DNA of 64,000 bases from Escherichia phage vB_EcoM_ACG-C40. The notes beneath the pieces are model-generated. The model ran no database searches and was not told where the DNA came from. It saw only the letters and a program-made list of their open reading frames with translations. Shown piece after piece: positions 20,699 to 31,128 of the stretch. Location: sequence record NC_019399.1, one strand, 5' to 3'. The stretch's first letter is position 1; every line of letters starts with the position of its first letter. A program made the translations under genes and the position numbers.

Positions 20699-20728
20699 AC
20701 TATACCATAGTCTTGTCAGCTTGTAAAC
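20699..20728 (-). promoter_or_regulatory. T4-type early promoter upstream of dmd
   Basis: GTTTAC, 18 bp, TATAGT; overlaps gene 41 stop. Confidence 0.55.
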
Positions 20729-22155
20729 TAAAATTTTAATTCATTTGCCAAAGCATCTAACTGAGCTCGAGTCGATTCGTTTCTTTGATAGCGATTCTGC
20801 TCAGCTTGTATCTGTTGTGAACCTGCTACCTCACTCACTTCAGTTGGAGTAGAATCTTGTTCAATTTCTACCCATTTCTGATTTCCTTTTTGAACACCCA
20901 TCAAAAACTTATTCCATTTATTCTTATCACCGTATCGTGATTTGATTTGCTTAATGAGTTGTTGTTCAGCAGCTGCTAACTCCTCGGTTTCAATGACCGC
21001 AAGCATAAAATCAGCTGTTGCTGGAAGACCGGCAGATTCTGCAATATCGCTCATGTTAACATCAGAAGAATCCCAAGCTTGTTTACCAACCTGTGCTGCA
21101 GTCCAAAGAACAGTTTCGGTTTCAACAGCAAGAGCACGTAATTCCTCTGCAATGGCTTTAACAGTTGTGTAACTATTTTCTGAGTAAACTCTAATGCGGC
21201 AAGATTTACAAATACCCAGATAGTCGACAATAATGATTGTTGGAACAAAATTCTTCTTGAGCTTTAATTCGTTTAAAAGCGATCGAAATGTATTAGCATC
21301 TGCTCCACCAGTAGGATACTGTTTAACTATTAAACGACCGAGAGTAGATTTCTCGCGCCATTTTTCCATTTTTCCTTTATACTCAGCGTAAGAAATATGC
21401 CCGTCATCAATGTCATCAAGAGAAACATCAAGCATATTAGCATCAATACGTTTAGCACAGACTTCTTCTGCCATTTCCATGGAAATGTAAAGAACATTAT
21501 GTCCGAGCTGTAAATAATCTGCCGCTAATGAACACAATCCTAATGATTTACCAACGTTAACACCAGCCATTAAAACGTTCAGTGTTCCTGTCTCAGCTCC
21601 GCCTTTAGTAATTTTGTTTAGAATTCTGAGTTTAAATGGAACTTTACGAGCTTTATTCATATAAGATAGCCAGCGTGCTTCGTAGTCATCCATCCAATCA
21701 TGACCAACGTAGCTATCAAATGAAATTGATAATGCTTGACGCATGATATCAGGAATAGCACCTACATCTGGCATTTTCTTATTTCGTTTTTCCGGAGGAA
21801 GCTCAGCATTAGTTTGAATTTCGATTATTTTAGACGTAGCATTAAACATCGCCCTTTGCTGAACATATTTTTCTGTTTCTTTTACTAACCAACTGTGGTC
21901 TTCTGGAGAATCGGCTAGTTTTGAAATAAGTGTTTTTACACCAGAATATTCTGTTTCAGTAAATGAACTATTTTCTAATGCAACATTTAACGCATTAATA
22001 GATGGAACGCTATGGTACTCATTAACATGAGATTTAATTAATTTGAACGTATTTTTAGCTGGACCACTTTCAAAATATTCTGAATCCATATATGGCCAAA
22101 CTTTTGAAAAATAAGCTTGATCAAATATGAGATGAGAAAGAATAATTTCTACCAC
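20728..22155 (-). CDS. 41: replicative DNA helicase gp41 (475 aa)
   Basis: DnaB-family motifs; GTG start at 22155 preceded by AAGGAG. Confidence 0.93.
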   Translation of the reverse strand: MVEIILSHLIFDQAYFSKVWPYMDSEYFESGPAKNTFKLIKSHVNEYHSVPSINALNVALENSSFTETEYSGVKTLISKLADSPEDHSWLVKETEKYVQQRAMFNATSKIIEIQTNAELPPEKRNKKMPDVGAIPDIMRQALSISFDSYVGHDWMDDYEARWLSYMNKARKVPFKLRILNKITKGGAETGTLNVLMAGVNVGKSLGLCSLAADYLQLGHNVLYISMEMAEEVCAKRIDANMLDVSLDDIDDGHISYAEYKGKMEKWREKSTLGRLIVKQYPTGGADANTFRSLLNELKLKKNFVPTIIIVDYLGICKSCRIRVYSENSYTTVKAIAEELRALAVETETVLWTAAQVGKQAWDSSDVNMSDIAESAGLPATADFMLAVIETEELAAAEQQLIKQIKSRYGDKNKWNKFLMGVQKGNQKWVEIEQDSTPTEVSEVAGSQQIQAEQNRYQRNESTRAQLDALANELKF

Positions 22156-22164
22156 ACTTACTCC

Positions 22165-22509
22165 TTAAAAGAATTTAAACTTTTTCTTTGACCTTTTATT
22201 AAATGCATCTTGTAGTTGCATTGTAATACATTTTTCTACATGAGGAGCTAACTCAGCTTTTCTTTCTTGGTCAAGAACAGCAAAGTCCATTACGACTTTT
22301 CCATCAACCCAATCTAATTTTGTCACATACACAATGTGTGTAGAACCATCTTCTAGTTTAATGACAATCTCCTGGATAACATTTTCCATGGCAGATTTAA
22401 TTATCTTAAGAGATTCATTAAAAAGACGTTCTTTTCTTTCTTCTTCCCCCTCCGAAGAGGGGGATTCATCGATAATTTCTAGATCTAAGTCTAAATCATC
22501 TTTATTCAT
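22165..22509 (-). CDS. 40: gp40 head vertex assembly chaperone (114 aa)
   Basis: Position between 41 and uvsX; ATG 22509 (track start 22527 is GTG). Confidence 0.65.
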   Translation of the reverse strand: MNKDDLDLDLEIIDESPSSEGEEERKERLFNESLKIIKSAMENVIQEIVIKLEDGSTHIVYVTKLDWVDGKVVMDFAVLDQERKAELAPHVEKCITMQLQDAFNKRSKKKFKFF

Positions 22510-23683
22510 TAAATTCTTCCATATCACTTAACTGTTCGAGGTCAGTTTCTAAATCAGCAGCTGATTTACTTTTACTTTCTGGAGATTTAAATTTTTCAAC
22601 CTTTGAGTTAATCAATTCATCAACTTCAGCTTCAACAATTTCATTACTATCAATAGCACCTAACTGATAAGCACGTTTAATAGCATCTCGGAATGGTTGA
22701 TGCTTAAATAAAGGACCCCAGAATGTAGTGCAGTTAGTATCTTTTGCACGCCAAGATTTTTCTTCGCGAATCATCTCGCCGGTTTCTTCGTCAAGAAATT
22801 CACGAGCATACCAACCATTCTTAGGTTTTACTACAAATCCTAATTCTAGAGCCATATCTAACAATCCAGAATAAGGATCGATACCACCGTCAAATTTAAC
22901 ATCAATAAAGAATTTACTTTTTTCTTTAACGGTACGAGATTTTTCTACATTTAGAACAAATTGATACCCCTGAAGATCAGAACCATCTTTAATCTGACGT
23001 TTACCGATAATGAATACAGTATCAGCCGAATACATTACGCCTGTACCACCTGTCATCACGGTTTTACTAAACATTTCAATTGTTTCAATTGTATGGTTAA
23101 CCGCAACACACGGAATATTTTTAATGCTAAAATAAGGAGTAACGATACGGAATAATGACTTCAGTGATTTAGCACGAGTCATATCTGCCACAGATTTTTC
23201 ATTCAAGGCATCTTCCGTTTCTTTCTTAGAAGCCATATTACCAATTGAGTCGATGAATACTATAACCTTTTCACCACGCTCAATAGCTTCAAGCTGATTC
23301 ACCATATCAATTTTCAGCTGTTCAACTGATTGAATTGGCGTATGAATTACACGTTCCGGGTCAACTCCCATGGATCGCAAATAAGCTGGAGTAATACCAA
23401 ATTCGCTATCATAGAATAGACAAACCGCGTCAGGATATTTGTTCAAATATGCCGCAACCATAGTCAAAGACATATTTGATTTAAAGTGTTTAGAAGGCCC
23501 TGCGAAAATAGTTAAACCAGACTGCATACCGCCATCAATCGCACCAGAAATAGCAATATTCAGCATTGGAATTTTTGTACGGATTACATCCTTTTCATTA
23601 AAGAATTTAGATGTAGTCAGTTCAGCAGTCATTTTAGAAGTGGAAGCTTTAATCAAACGGGATTTTAAATCTGCAATAGACAT
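22502..23683 (-). CDS. uvsX: UvsX recombinase (RecA-like, 393 aa)
   Basis: Sequence matches T4 UvsX along its length as recalled. Confidence 0.93.
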   Translation of the reverse strand: MSIADLKSRLIKASTSKMTAELTTSKFFNEKDVIRTKIPMLNIAISGAIDGGMQSGLTIFAGPSKHFKSNMSLTMVAAYLNKYPDAVCLFYDSEFGITPAYLRSMGVDPERVIHTPIQSVEQLKIDMVNQLEAIERGEKVIVFIDSIGNMASKKETEDALNEKSVADMTRAKSLKSLFRIVTPYFSIKNIPCVAVNHTIETIEMFSKTVMTGGTGVMYSADTVFIIGKRQIKDGSDLQGYQFVLNVEKSRTVKEKSKFFIDVKFDGGIDPYSGLLDMALELGFVVKPKNGWYAREFLDEETGEMIREEKSWRAKDTNCTTFWGPLFKHQPFRDAIKRAYQLGAIDSNEIVEAEVDELINSKVEKFKSPESKSKSAADLETDLEQLSDMEEFNE

Positions 23684-23760
23684 TCATTTTTTCCATAGGC
23701 ATCATTATATTTTCCTCACTGGTTAAAGATAGAGTAATTATAACACAATAAATTTAGGCA

Positions 23761-24603
23761 TTAATCAACTGCTATTGGATGAATAGCATTAAACTTATGA
23801 AATGCTTCTGATTTTTCTTTACGTGAAACGCACATGCGAAGAACCTTTAATGGCTCGTCTTCTTCACCCAACGATTTTCGTTTTTCAATATTAGAAGTTT
23901 TCCAACGAGCTTGCTCTGGAAACTCTCTATTGATTTGCTCAAGCGCTCTATTATGTTTAGAATTACTACGAATTGAACTGCACCCGCCAGGAGCTTGTGC
24001 TTTTCCAGATACAACCAGATATTTGAACAAGGCCAAATGCGGATAACCTTGATTAATTAAATTGAGAAATGCATACATATCTTCGCACAAATCAATTTTT
24101 CCATACCCAATTTGTTCTGTCGTAAGTTTTCCAAGGTCATACCATGTATTCGTGAATCCATATGAATTTTCACGATAATTACCCCAAGATGAAGTAATTT
24201 TAAAAATAGGTAGACGAGCATGGCCATGATAATACCCGCAATCCATGGCATCTTCGACGTATTGAATCAATTCATAGAACTGTTCACGAGTTAATTGATT
24301 AATTTTATCTACGCGCCGTTTATCGTCTCTCTTTCGTATTGAACTCATACGGATAGTAGTATCATCGTCAATCATCCAGATTCGTTGACCTGCATACATA
24401 TCAGTAATTGCTTTACGAGTACCGGCAATTCCATTAACATCATCAGGAATAGTTACAATTTTAGCTCTAGACCCATAGGCATCATAATAAGCTTTTTCTT
24501 CGTGTTCACGCACTACAATATGGGGTTCATAATCAGTCGGAAACATATCAAGGGCAGAAACTGCCCCGACACGCTGATAACTTGGAATTACGAATTGAAT
24601 CAT
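23761..24603 (-). CDS. putative HMC-DNA glucosyltransferase at the beta-gt locus (280 aa)
   Basis: DXD motif WMIDDDTT; unlike 351-aa T4 beta-gt; T2/T6 ba-gt-like by locus. Confidence 0.5.
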   Translation of the reverse strand: MIQFVIPSYQRVGAVSALDMFPTDYEPHIVVREHEEKAYYDAYGSRAKIVTIPDDVNGIAGTRKAITDMYAGQRIWMIDDDTTIRMSSIRKRDDKRRVDKINQLTREQFYELIQYVEDAMDCGYYHGHARLPIFKITSSWGNYRENSYGFTNTWYDLGKLTTEQIGYGKIDLCEDMYAFLNLINQGYPHLALFKYLVVSGKAQAPGGCSSIRSNSKHNRALEQINREFPEQARWKTSNIEKRKSLGEEDEPLKVLRMCVSRKEKSEAFHKFNAIHPIAVD

Positions 24604-25241
24604 TTAAGTGCCTTACATTTGTCAAAATGGTATCTTGTCATATTTGGCCCACGTCCTTTTAGTCCGCAATGCGGACATATTTTTTCTATCAAATTATGAG
24701 GTTTTCCTTTACGATTTTTAGACATCGTTTCTTTAATTATTTTAGCTTTTTCTACGCCAAAAATTTCTTCATAAGTTTTACCAGAATTTTCCTTGGCTCG
24801 ATTTATAATTCCATATGCCTGCTCATTTTTACCATACATTGGATTACCTTCGCCTTTCATTCTTTTAGAATGATCAGGACGCTTGATTCCACGAAAGGCA
24901 TTTCCGCACTTATATCTTTCTTCTGGAGATAGTTTTTTACCGTACATTCCATTTAATTTGCCTGGAAAACTTCCTCCCCATGCTTCATTCTTTAAATTAT
25001 ATGAATCCGGACAATTAGCAGCATCTAAACAAGTTAAAATAATTTCTTCAACCTGTCTAAACATTGGTCCTTCATATAATATTTCTTTATTAAAGGATTT
25101 TATTCCATATTTCTTTTTAGCATGTTGCCAAACTACACCCGAACCATCATAATTCGGGTTGTGACCATCATGACTTCCTATATACCACTTTTTAGTTTTA
25201 GGATGTTTATACTTATAAACATGTGGCACATTTACTTCCAT
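24600..25241 (-). CDS. GIY-YIG homing endonuclease (Seg-like, 213 aa)
   Basis: VYKYKHP...KWYIGSH GIY-YIG motif, NUMOD-like repeats, C-terminal CPHCG...C zinc finger. Confidence 0.75.
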   Translation of the reverse strand: MEVNVPHVYKYKHPKTKKWYIGSHDGHNPNYDGSGVVWQHAKKKYGIKSFNKEILYEGPMFRQVEEIILTCLDAANCPDSYNLKNEAWGGSFPGKLNGMYGKKLSPEERYKCGNAFRGIKRPDHSKRMKGEGNPMYGKNEQAYGIINRAKENSGKTYEEIFGVEKAKIIKETMSKNRKGKPHNLIEKICPHCGLKGRGPNMTRYHFDKCKALK

Positions 25242-25972
25242 TTTCCAGTATAATCCTTTTTAGCAATATGAGTCTCACCGGTGTTCCACCAATGGTCAAC
25301 TAAATAAAACTGATTTTCGTACACATGAAGACTTCCAACGTTCCATATAATAGAACCTGCTTTATATTGCCGCGATGGGTCGCCTGCATTCAAATCAGAT
25401 ACTAATTTATCTAGTACGTATTTTTGCCAAGCATAATCATTACGATAGCCTGCCCAGCAATCATTGCTTCTCATGCTAACAACCGCATTGACTTTCTTAT
25501 CACGAATCAGGTACTGTACTGTATTAGTACACATGAAATCTGACATACCATCTTTATTGTAGTCAAATTGCATGGATGGACGAGTATAAATCATGATACC
25601 ACGTCGAGAATCAGGATTTTGACCAAGTTCAGCTAAACACATATCATACTGGGCATAGTTATCTTCTGACCAAATAGCCCAACCATAATTCGAGTTAATT
25701 TCGCCTTTAGAAGATGCTACCTGCTGCCAAATCTTTGGTGTTTCACCTGGAATATCTTTAACAAACAAGCTCTTAGATTTATACCATTCAAGTTCGCGCT
25801 GAATGTATTCATCATTAAGAGCGCCAAAAATAAACGGTTCATCTGCTATAAATGATGCGCCAATAATTTCAATAGTTTTAACGCCAGTTTTATCAACTAC
25901 GAAATCTTTTTCTTTTAATGCAAGCCCCAAATGAAGACGGATTTCTTCAACTGTCATAGAGTCATTAATCAT
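25232..25972 (-). CDS. 42: dCMP hydroxymethylase gp42 (246 aa)
   Basis: Thymidylate-synthase-like fold; length and sequence match T4 gp42. Confidence 0.9.
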   Translation of the reverse strand: MINDSMTVEEIRLHLGLALKEKDFVVDKTGVKTIEIIGASFIADEPFIFGALNDEYIQRELEWYKSKSLFVKDIPGETPKIWQQVASSKGEINSNYGWAIWSEDNYAQYDMCLAELGQNPDSRRGIMIYTRPSMQFDYNKDGMSDFMCTNTVQYLIRDKKVNAVVSMRSNDCWAGYRNDYAWQKYVLDKLVSDLNAGDPSRQYKAGSIIWNVGSLHVYENQFYLVDHWWNTGETHIAKKDYTGKWK

Positions 25973-25979
25973 TTAAACC

Positions 25980-26129
25980 TCAATTGATGCATTCATATTT
26001 AAATTGTAACAGTAATAAACCCCACCCTATGATAAGAGTTGGAATCATAGCAGGAACTGTTACGCTATAGTATATACTTATTATAACCATCAAGATTAAA
26101 AGCAATGCTGCTATAATTTTGCTTTTCAT
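25980..26129 (-). CDS. small membrane protein (49 aa), not in the ORF track
   Basis: ATG 26129 overlaps imm stop (ATGA); AAGGA upstream; MKSKIIAALLLILMVIISIYY... Confidence 0.45.
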   Translation of the reverse strand: MKSKIIAALLLILMVIISIYYSVTVPAMIPTLIIGWGLLLLQFKYECIN

Positions 26130-26377
26130 TCCTTCTCTCTGATGATAATTACCTGATTTGGCTGCGCAGACTTTTTAGTTTCACCTGCAATTGACCAAAT
26201 AAATGTAATAAACCAACCAATAATTGACCAGTTAAACAGCAAAGATGTGAAAAAGATTCCTACTGTCGATTTTGACCCACGCATCAAAGCAATAAACCAT
26301 GGAAGCATGTATATAATAATAGCCAACACACCTGAAACTAAAACCATAAAAATTGAACCTGCTACTAAAGTTTCCAT
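26126..26377 (-). CDS. imm: superinfection immunity protein Imm (83 aa)
   Basis: Two TM helices; size and position match T4 Imm. Confidence 0.75.
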   Translation of the reverse strand: METLVAGSIFMVLVSGVLAIIIYMLPWFIALMRGSKSTVGIFFTSLLFNWSIIGWFITFIWSIAGETKKSAQPNQVIIIREKE

Positions 26378-26384
26378 ATTTTCC

Positions 26385-26765
26385 TCACTTAGTCAAATTT
26401 TTTACACATGAATTATAAGAATTCACTACATACTCCATCGGAGCATTTTTACCAGTACGCCATTGGTAATTATTGGCCCAATTAGCCCAAAGCTCGGCGC
26501 AGTAGTTTTCAATTTTTTCTTCGCGTGTAATTACATCCGAATTACGATATGCTTGAGCAGATTCATCTGGACGAATAGCTTCGTCAAAATTCGCCTGCAT
26601 TTGTTCGACTGTTTGCTTTGGAGCTTCTTTATAACACTTGACATTAGGATTATAAAATTTGCTTGAACAGTTTACAATTTTTCCTGCATCAGACTGATTT
26701 ACTACCGGTCCTTGAGCTACACAACCAGTAAGACCTAATGCAATAACCAAAATAGCGATTTTCAT
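26385..26765 (-). CDS. putative lipoprotein (126 aa)
   Basis: Signal peptide with LTGC lipobox. Confidence 0.55.
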   Translation of the reverse strand: MKIAILVIALGLTGCVAQGPVVNQSDAGKIVNCSSKFYNPNVKCYKEAPKQTVEQMQANFDEAIRPDESAQAYRNSDVITREEKIENYCAELWANWANNYQWRTGKNAPMEYVVNSYNSCVKNLTK

Positions 26766-26775
26766 AATAATTTCC

Positions 26776-27012
26776 TCAAATGCAAGTAGTAATTACTCCA
26801 GTAGTGCTTATGCAGGTATTACCCATTTGCACACCTAAAGATCCATTTGTATTCACATGAAGATTATCATCAATTTTAACTGATATTTTACCATTAGTGT
26901 GAATAACAGTGCTAGATTCAATCACAGGTTGAGTATCATTTTCAACACTAACAAATGGAACTGCTGCTAATGCAACTAAACAAACTGCTAAGCAACCCAT
27001 AACAATTTTCAT
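26776..27012 (-). CDS. small secreted protein (78 aa)
   Basis: ATG 27012 after GGAG; track start 27069 lies between promoter -35 and -10. Confidence 0.5.
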   Translation of the reverse strand: MKIVMGCLAVCLVALAAVPFVSVENDTQPVIESSTVIHTNGKISVKIDDNLHVNTNGSLGVQMGNTCISTTGVITTCI

Positions 27013-27049
27013 TTTATTCTCCAAATCCGTATCAGTAGTTGATAGTTGT

Positions 27050-27079
27050 ATAGTACCATGGAAGAACATTCTTGTAAAC
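27050..27079 (-). promoter_or_regulatory. T4-type early promoter
   Basis: GTTTAC, 18 bp, TGGTACTAT; AAAATTTTCACAAAAC upstream element. Confidence 0.65.
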
Positions 27080-27166
27080 AGTTTTGTGAAAATTTTTTAG
27101 GGAATTCTAAATGTCCAGAATCATCTGTTTTTCATAAGTATAGATTTATATTACTTGTATGAAAAA

Positions 27167-27182
27167 GGGACCCGGAGGTCCC
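27167..27182 (-). terminator. intrinsic terminator downstream of gene 43
   Basis: GGGACC-UCCG-GGUCCC followed by UUUUUC. Confidence 0.6.
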
Positions 27183-27195
27183 TAGATTTATTCTA

Positions 27196-29892
27196 TCAGC
27201 CAAACAGGAAGTCTAACGAAGCTTTTTCTTCATAGTCCATACCAGCCGATTCACACATGCCCGCAAGCGGTTTAACAAACGATTTTTGGAACAAAGTTGA
27301 GTAGTCAATCCAAGATAGTACGTCAGAACGAATTTCTTTTGGAAGTTCTGTACCCGATGGCCAAGCAATGCACTTGTCACCAAATGGATTTCCTTCACGT
27401 AATGGAAGAACCATTACTTTATTTCCATCCAAAATTGGAGCTACACCCAGACCACTAACAGCTCGACGATAAGTTAGCACACCGCGAATATGGAACGGGC
27501 ATTTAAATCCTGGCCAACCTTTATCATCATATTTCGCTATATCGTTCGCAGTTTTTACTTCAGCAATAACTTTATAGTCGAGTTGACGATATTCTTTCTC
27601 GAAGTTCTTGTAATATTCTTGGACAGACTCTTCACCTTCCTGAAGAATACGACGAATACTTTCTTCGAGAGCTTCTTGTACTGCTTTTGGTGTTGAACTC
27701 TGTTGAGTTTCCATACCCATGATTTTTAGATGCGGTTCAGCAAATCGCTTATCTTCCATATCATAAACGTTCAGAGCATAACGCTTTTTCGCTTTCCAAA
27801 ATCCACCAACACCCTTTGAACCAAGTGGAGGGCAAGAAATAGCTTCACGGTCCATATGCATCAGATGCTCGCGGTTATTCATATAATCACATAACTCACG
27901 ATATGCAACATCAATCATAGGTTCCATCTTTTTCTTACCGAACTGATTCATAAATTCAACCAAATCGTTCTGCTCTTTGAATCGGTCAAGACCAACTTTT
28001 TCAATAACTTTATCTACACAAACATATACCGAATCAGTATCACCTGCTGCGATGAAATCTTCACCATTAGTTCCGCATACTTTATTCAGATATTCATTAA
28101 TTTTACGAGCAATCCACTGAATACCAACTTGGCCGAAAATTGTGATAGCAGTAGCATTTCGCAAATCATAGTAACGAAAATGAATATTACCAAGAGCACC
28201 GTAAAGACTGTTAATAAGAATTTTACGGTTCAGCTGATTTGTGTTAGCAAGTGTAGCTGCTTTTTCACATTCTTCAATCAAACTATTGAGAACAGATTCG
28301 GTGTAATTCGATAGTTCATTTAAGAAATCATCACTGAACTTAACATATCGTTCAACTTCAGGTTTAGTTGAACAAGACCCTGCGCCTTTCATAATAATCT
28401 TTTTAATAGCTTCGGCATTCATTTCTTCAGCGAACATTTTCTTTTTCCAGTCTTTACGCTGGAAAAATACTTTAGCGATTTCCTTTGGAATGATACCTTC
28501 TTGATGCTTATCATACATCCATCCATTCGGAGAACAAGAATATTCATCACTTGGTTTAGGAGCTGTTCCTGCGATATATTCATGAATTGGATGAACTTTA
28601 AACTGACCACGAATAGTCTCAGGACTAATGTTAACCTGACGAATAATGCTAGGATATAGAGACGTCAAGTCAAAACTCATAATATATCGACGAGCAATTG
28701 GTTTAGGTTCAAACACAAATGCACCCGGAAAACTCTGTTTAACGTGCGAACCTTGTTGAGGAATAACCTTATGTTCACCTTTCAATGAGTTAAAAATAAT
28801 AGCATCCCAAGTTTTAATAGGACTCATTACACCAGAAAAAGGCATTTTAGCATAATAAGACATACTTAAAACTAGATCGATAAACCCGCGAATTTTATCA
28901 ATTGCTTGAACTGATTCTACGTCAATGATGTTATAACTAATGTATCGTTGATGATTAGTCTCACGAAGTTTATTAATAGGACCATCATACGGTAATTTAC
29001 CTTTTTTGGTTTCATGTTGAGCAACTGATTCCAAAGAGAATGACGGCAAATTAGTAAAAGCGAATTTCTTGTACAAATCTAAATAATCAAGAATAGATAC
29101 GCCATCAATAGAATAAATTTCTTTGCTACCGTACATATTTTGAATTAGTTTAGATTTTACTCGACCGATTGGAGAGAAGCGTTTCATACTACGTTCACCG
29201 AGAACCATTTTAACACGATTCATGATATACGGAACGTCAAATCCCTCAATATTCCAACCAGTAAAAATAGCAGGTCGTTTCTGTTCCCAGAGATTGATAT
29301 ATTCCATGAGCATATCACGCTCATTATCGAATGGCATATAAATTACTCGGTCAAGAATTTCTTGAGGAACTTCATCACCACCTTCACAGTCAAGCTTAGC
29401 AGCTAACTTTGCATCCCATTTTGATACTGAACCGTACATTGAATTCAAAAGGTCGAAAACATAAAAACGATCATCAATTGAATCATAATGAGTGATAGCA
29501 TCAATTTCATATTCTGCTTTCATTGGGTCAGGAAATTTATCGCCAGTAACCTCAATGTCACAGTTAGCTACACGAACAAATTTTCGGTCATAAACAATTT
29601 CTGAACCGTATGTATCACTGATATAAGCGAGTTTAAAATCGTTCATACCGAGAGCTTCGAGACCGATGTCTTCCATTCGCTTCATCCAATCTCGAGCATC
29701 TTTCATTGATTGAAATTTTTGAGGAGCGCAGTTTTTACCATAGATGTCTTTGTATTTTGACTCTTCCTTACAATGTCTAAACATAGTTGGAAGATATTCT
29801 ACTTCACGAGTACGTTCCTTTCCGTTTTCATCAATATAACGTTCAACAATGTTATTTCCGACTGTTTCAATAGAGATATAAAATTCTTTCAT
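27196..29892 (-). CDS. 43: DNA polymerase gp43 (family B, 898 aa)
   Basis: Exonuclease and polymerase motifs (YGDTDS); length identical to T4 gp43. Confidence 0.97.
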   Translation of the reverse strand: MKEFYISIETVGNNIVERYIDENGKERTREVEYLPTMFRHCKEESKYKDIYGKNCAPQKFQSMKDARDWMKRMEDIGLEALGMNDFKLAYISDTYGSEIVYDRKFVRVANCDIEVTGDKFPDPMKAEYEIDAITHYDSIDDRFYVFDLLNSMYGSVSKWDAKLAAKLDCEGGDEVPQEILDRVIYMPFDNERDMLMEYINLWEQKRPAIFTGWNIEGFDVPYIMNRVKMVLGERSMKRFSPIGRVKSKLIQNMYGSKEIYSIDGVSILDYLDLYKKFAFTNLPSFSLESVAQHETKKGKLPYDGPINKLRETNHQRYISYNIIDVESVQAIDKIRGFIDLVLSMSYYAKMPFSGVMSPIKTWDAIIFNSLKGEHKVIPQQGSHVKQSFPGAFVFEPKPIARRYIMSFDLTSLYPSIIRQVNISPETIRGQFKVHPIHEYIAGTAPKPSDEYSCSPNGWMYDKHQEGIIPKEIAKVFFQRKDWKKKMFAEEMNAEAIKKIIMKGAGSCSTKPEVERYVKFSDDFLNELSNYTESVLNSLIEECEKAATLANTNQLNRKILINSLYGALGNIHFRYYDLRNATAITIFGQVGIQWIARKINEYLNKVCGTNGEDFIAAGDTDSVYVCVDKVIEKVGLDRFKEQNDLVEFMNQFGKKKMEPMIDVAYRELCDYMNNREHLMHMDREAISCPPLGSKGVGGFWKAKKRYALNVYDMEDKRFAEPHLKIMGMETQQSSTPKAVQEALEESIRRILQEGEESVQEYYKNFEKEYRQLDYKVIAEVKTANDIAKYDDKGWPGFKCPFHIRGVLTYRRAVSGLGVAPILDGNKVMVLPLREGNPFGDKCIAWPSGTELPKEIRSDVLSWIDYSTLFQKSFVKPLAGMCESAGMDYEEKASLDFLFG

Positions 29893-29930
29893 AGATATTC
29901 CTTAGTTTATAGCCCGAGTTATTAGGCTCT
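29893..29930 (-). promoter_or_regulatory. putative gp43 translational operator
   Basis: RNA AGAGCCUAAUAACUCGGGCU hairpin followed by AAGGAA and AUG, as in the T4 gene 43 operator as recalled. Confidence 0.5.
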
Positions 29931-29952
29931 TGATATATTATACTCCAAATAA

Positions 29953-29966
29953 GGGGCCGAAGCCCC
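29953..29966 (-). terminator. terminator-like UUCG hairpin
   Basis: GGGGC-UUCG-GCCCC followed by UUAUUUGG. Confidence 0.5.
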
Positions 29967-29970
29967 TTGC

Positions 29971-30192
29971 TTAAATTAGTACTATTTGCCGGGTGAAAAT
30001 TGTCAATCCATCTGCATTAATTGACTTAACGACTGTGGTAAAGTGTTTTTGTTCTGGATGAACTAGTTTTTGAAATTCTACCTGAAATTTTAGTTGGAGG
30101 TTTTCTGGTAAATCAAAAAGTGTTTCTGTTGCAGAAAGATTATATTTTTCTTTAAGAGACGCCATGTATTCTTGCGGAGTTATAGCAGTCAT
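29971..30192 (-). CDS. hypothetical protein (73 aa) between regA and gene 43
   Basis: ATG 1 nt after regA stop; no clear Shine-Dalgarno. Confidence 0.35.
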   Translation of the reverse strand: MTAITPQEYMASLKEKYNLSATETLFDLPENLQLKFQVEFQKLVHPEQKHFTTVVKSINADGLTIFTRQIVLI

Positions 30193-30193
30193 A

Positions 30194-30562
30194 TTAATTA
30201 CCAATCGTATATTTAGGAACGAGTTTCCATTCATGTTTTTGTTTAAAAGAAATAACTCGGAAGTTATTAGTTAAATCTTTCATAAAAGTTCTTTGACCAG
30301 GAACGATTTCAATCAGTCCCCAATCTTCTAATAGCCATGCAATCGAATCACGACGAACTTCATCTTCTTCTGTCATTTCAACTTGGCGACCATCCATACG
30401 AAGCATTTCTTTAAAATGAACGATATAGTATAGTCCTTTTTTCTGAAGAATATGACAGGACTGATACAGAACTTTATCTTTATTATTAGCAATTCCCATA
30501 CGAGTCAAAGTTTCTTTTACTTTCAGAAAATCTTCAGGTTTTTTAAGAGTAATTTCAATCAT
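30194..30562 (-). CDS. regA: translational repressor RegA (122 aa)
   Basis: Length and sequence match T4 RegA. Confidence 0.9.
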   Translation of the reverse strand: MIEITLKKPEDFLKVKETLTRMGIANNKDKVLYQSCHILQKKGLYYIVHFKEMLRMDGRQVEMTEEDEVRRDSIAWLLEDWGLIEIVPGQRTFMKDLTNNFRVISFKQKHEWKLVPKYTIGN

Positions 30563-30563
30563 T

Positions 30564-31127
30564 TTACCATTCCAATGCTAGTTTTTTGAGTTGTTTCTGT
30601 TCTTTTACGTTCTTAGTCACTTCTTTCAAAAAATCATCCGTGACTAAACCTTTTAGTTCTTTTAATACTAAAGGAAGTTTTCCATTTTTAGTAAGAATTG
30701 ATTTATAGTTAATTGCATCATTTGTATTAACTTGATACCGTTTAGCAAGTAACTTAATAATCAATACTTCAGTGGAATCTTCAACCAGTTTTGCCCATTT
30801 ACCATATCTTTTACCACGAGGAACTGCAGCCATCAGATAATTAAAATGAGCTTCATCACTTAAGCCTGATCCAATTAAATTCATAGCATATACAGCTGGC
30901 ATGCATTCAGGAAATTGTGATAATGCATTCTCAACCATGTATTTTGAATAATCTTTTTGAGCAATAGAGCATTTAGTTTTATTATTAATAGCTCCAATTA
31001 TTTCAAAAAATTCATTTTCAGCTTTTTCCTTGAAAGAATCAGCAGCGGATTGGACAGCTGTCCAATCTTTTGAATACCAAGCAACTTGATGCTCGTTTAA
31101 TTGAATATCATCTTCAAATAAGCTCAT
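30564..31127 (-). CDS. 62: clamp loader small subunit gp62 (187 aa)
   Basis: Starts MSLFEDD at ATG 31127; track start 31148 is GTG. Confidence 0.88.
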   Translation of the reverse strand: MSLFEDDIQLNEHQVAWYSKDWTAVQSAADSFKEKAENEFFEIIGAINNKTKCSIAQKDYSKYMVENALSQFPECMPAVYAMNLIGSGLSDEAHFNYLMAAVPRGKRYGKWAKLVEDSTEVLIIKLLAKRYQVNTNDAINYKSILTKNGKLPLVLKELKGLVTDDFLKEVTKNVKEQKQLKKLALEW

Positions 31128-31128
31128 A

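Noticed and set aside
23737-23761. Possible middle promoter upstream of uvsX
   Set aside because: TATAAT is present but the MotA box (ATGCCTAA) matches only 5 of 7 positions.
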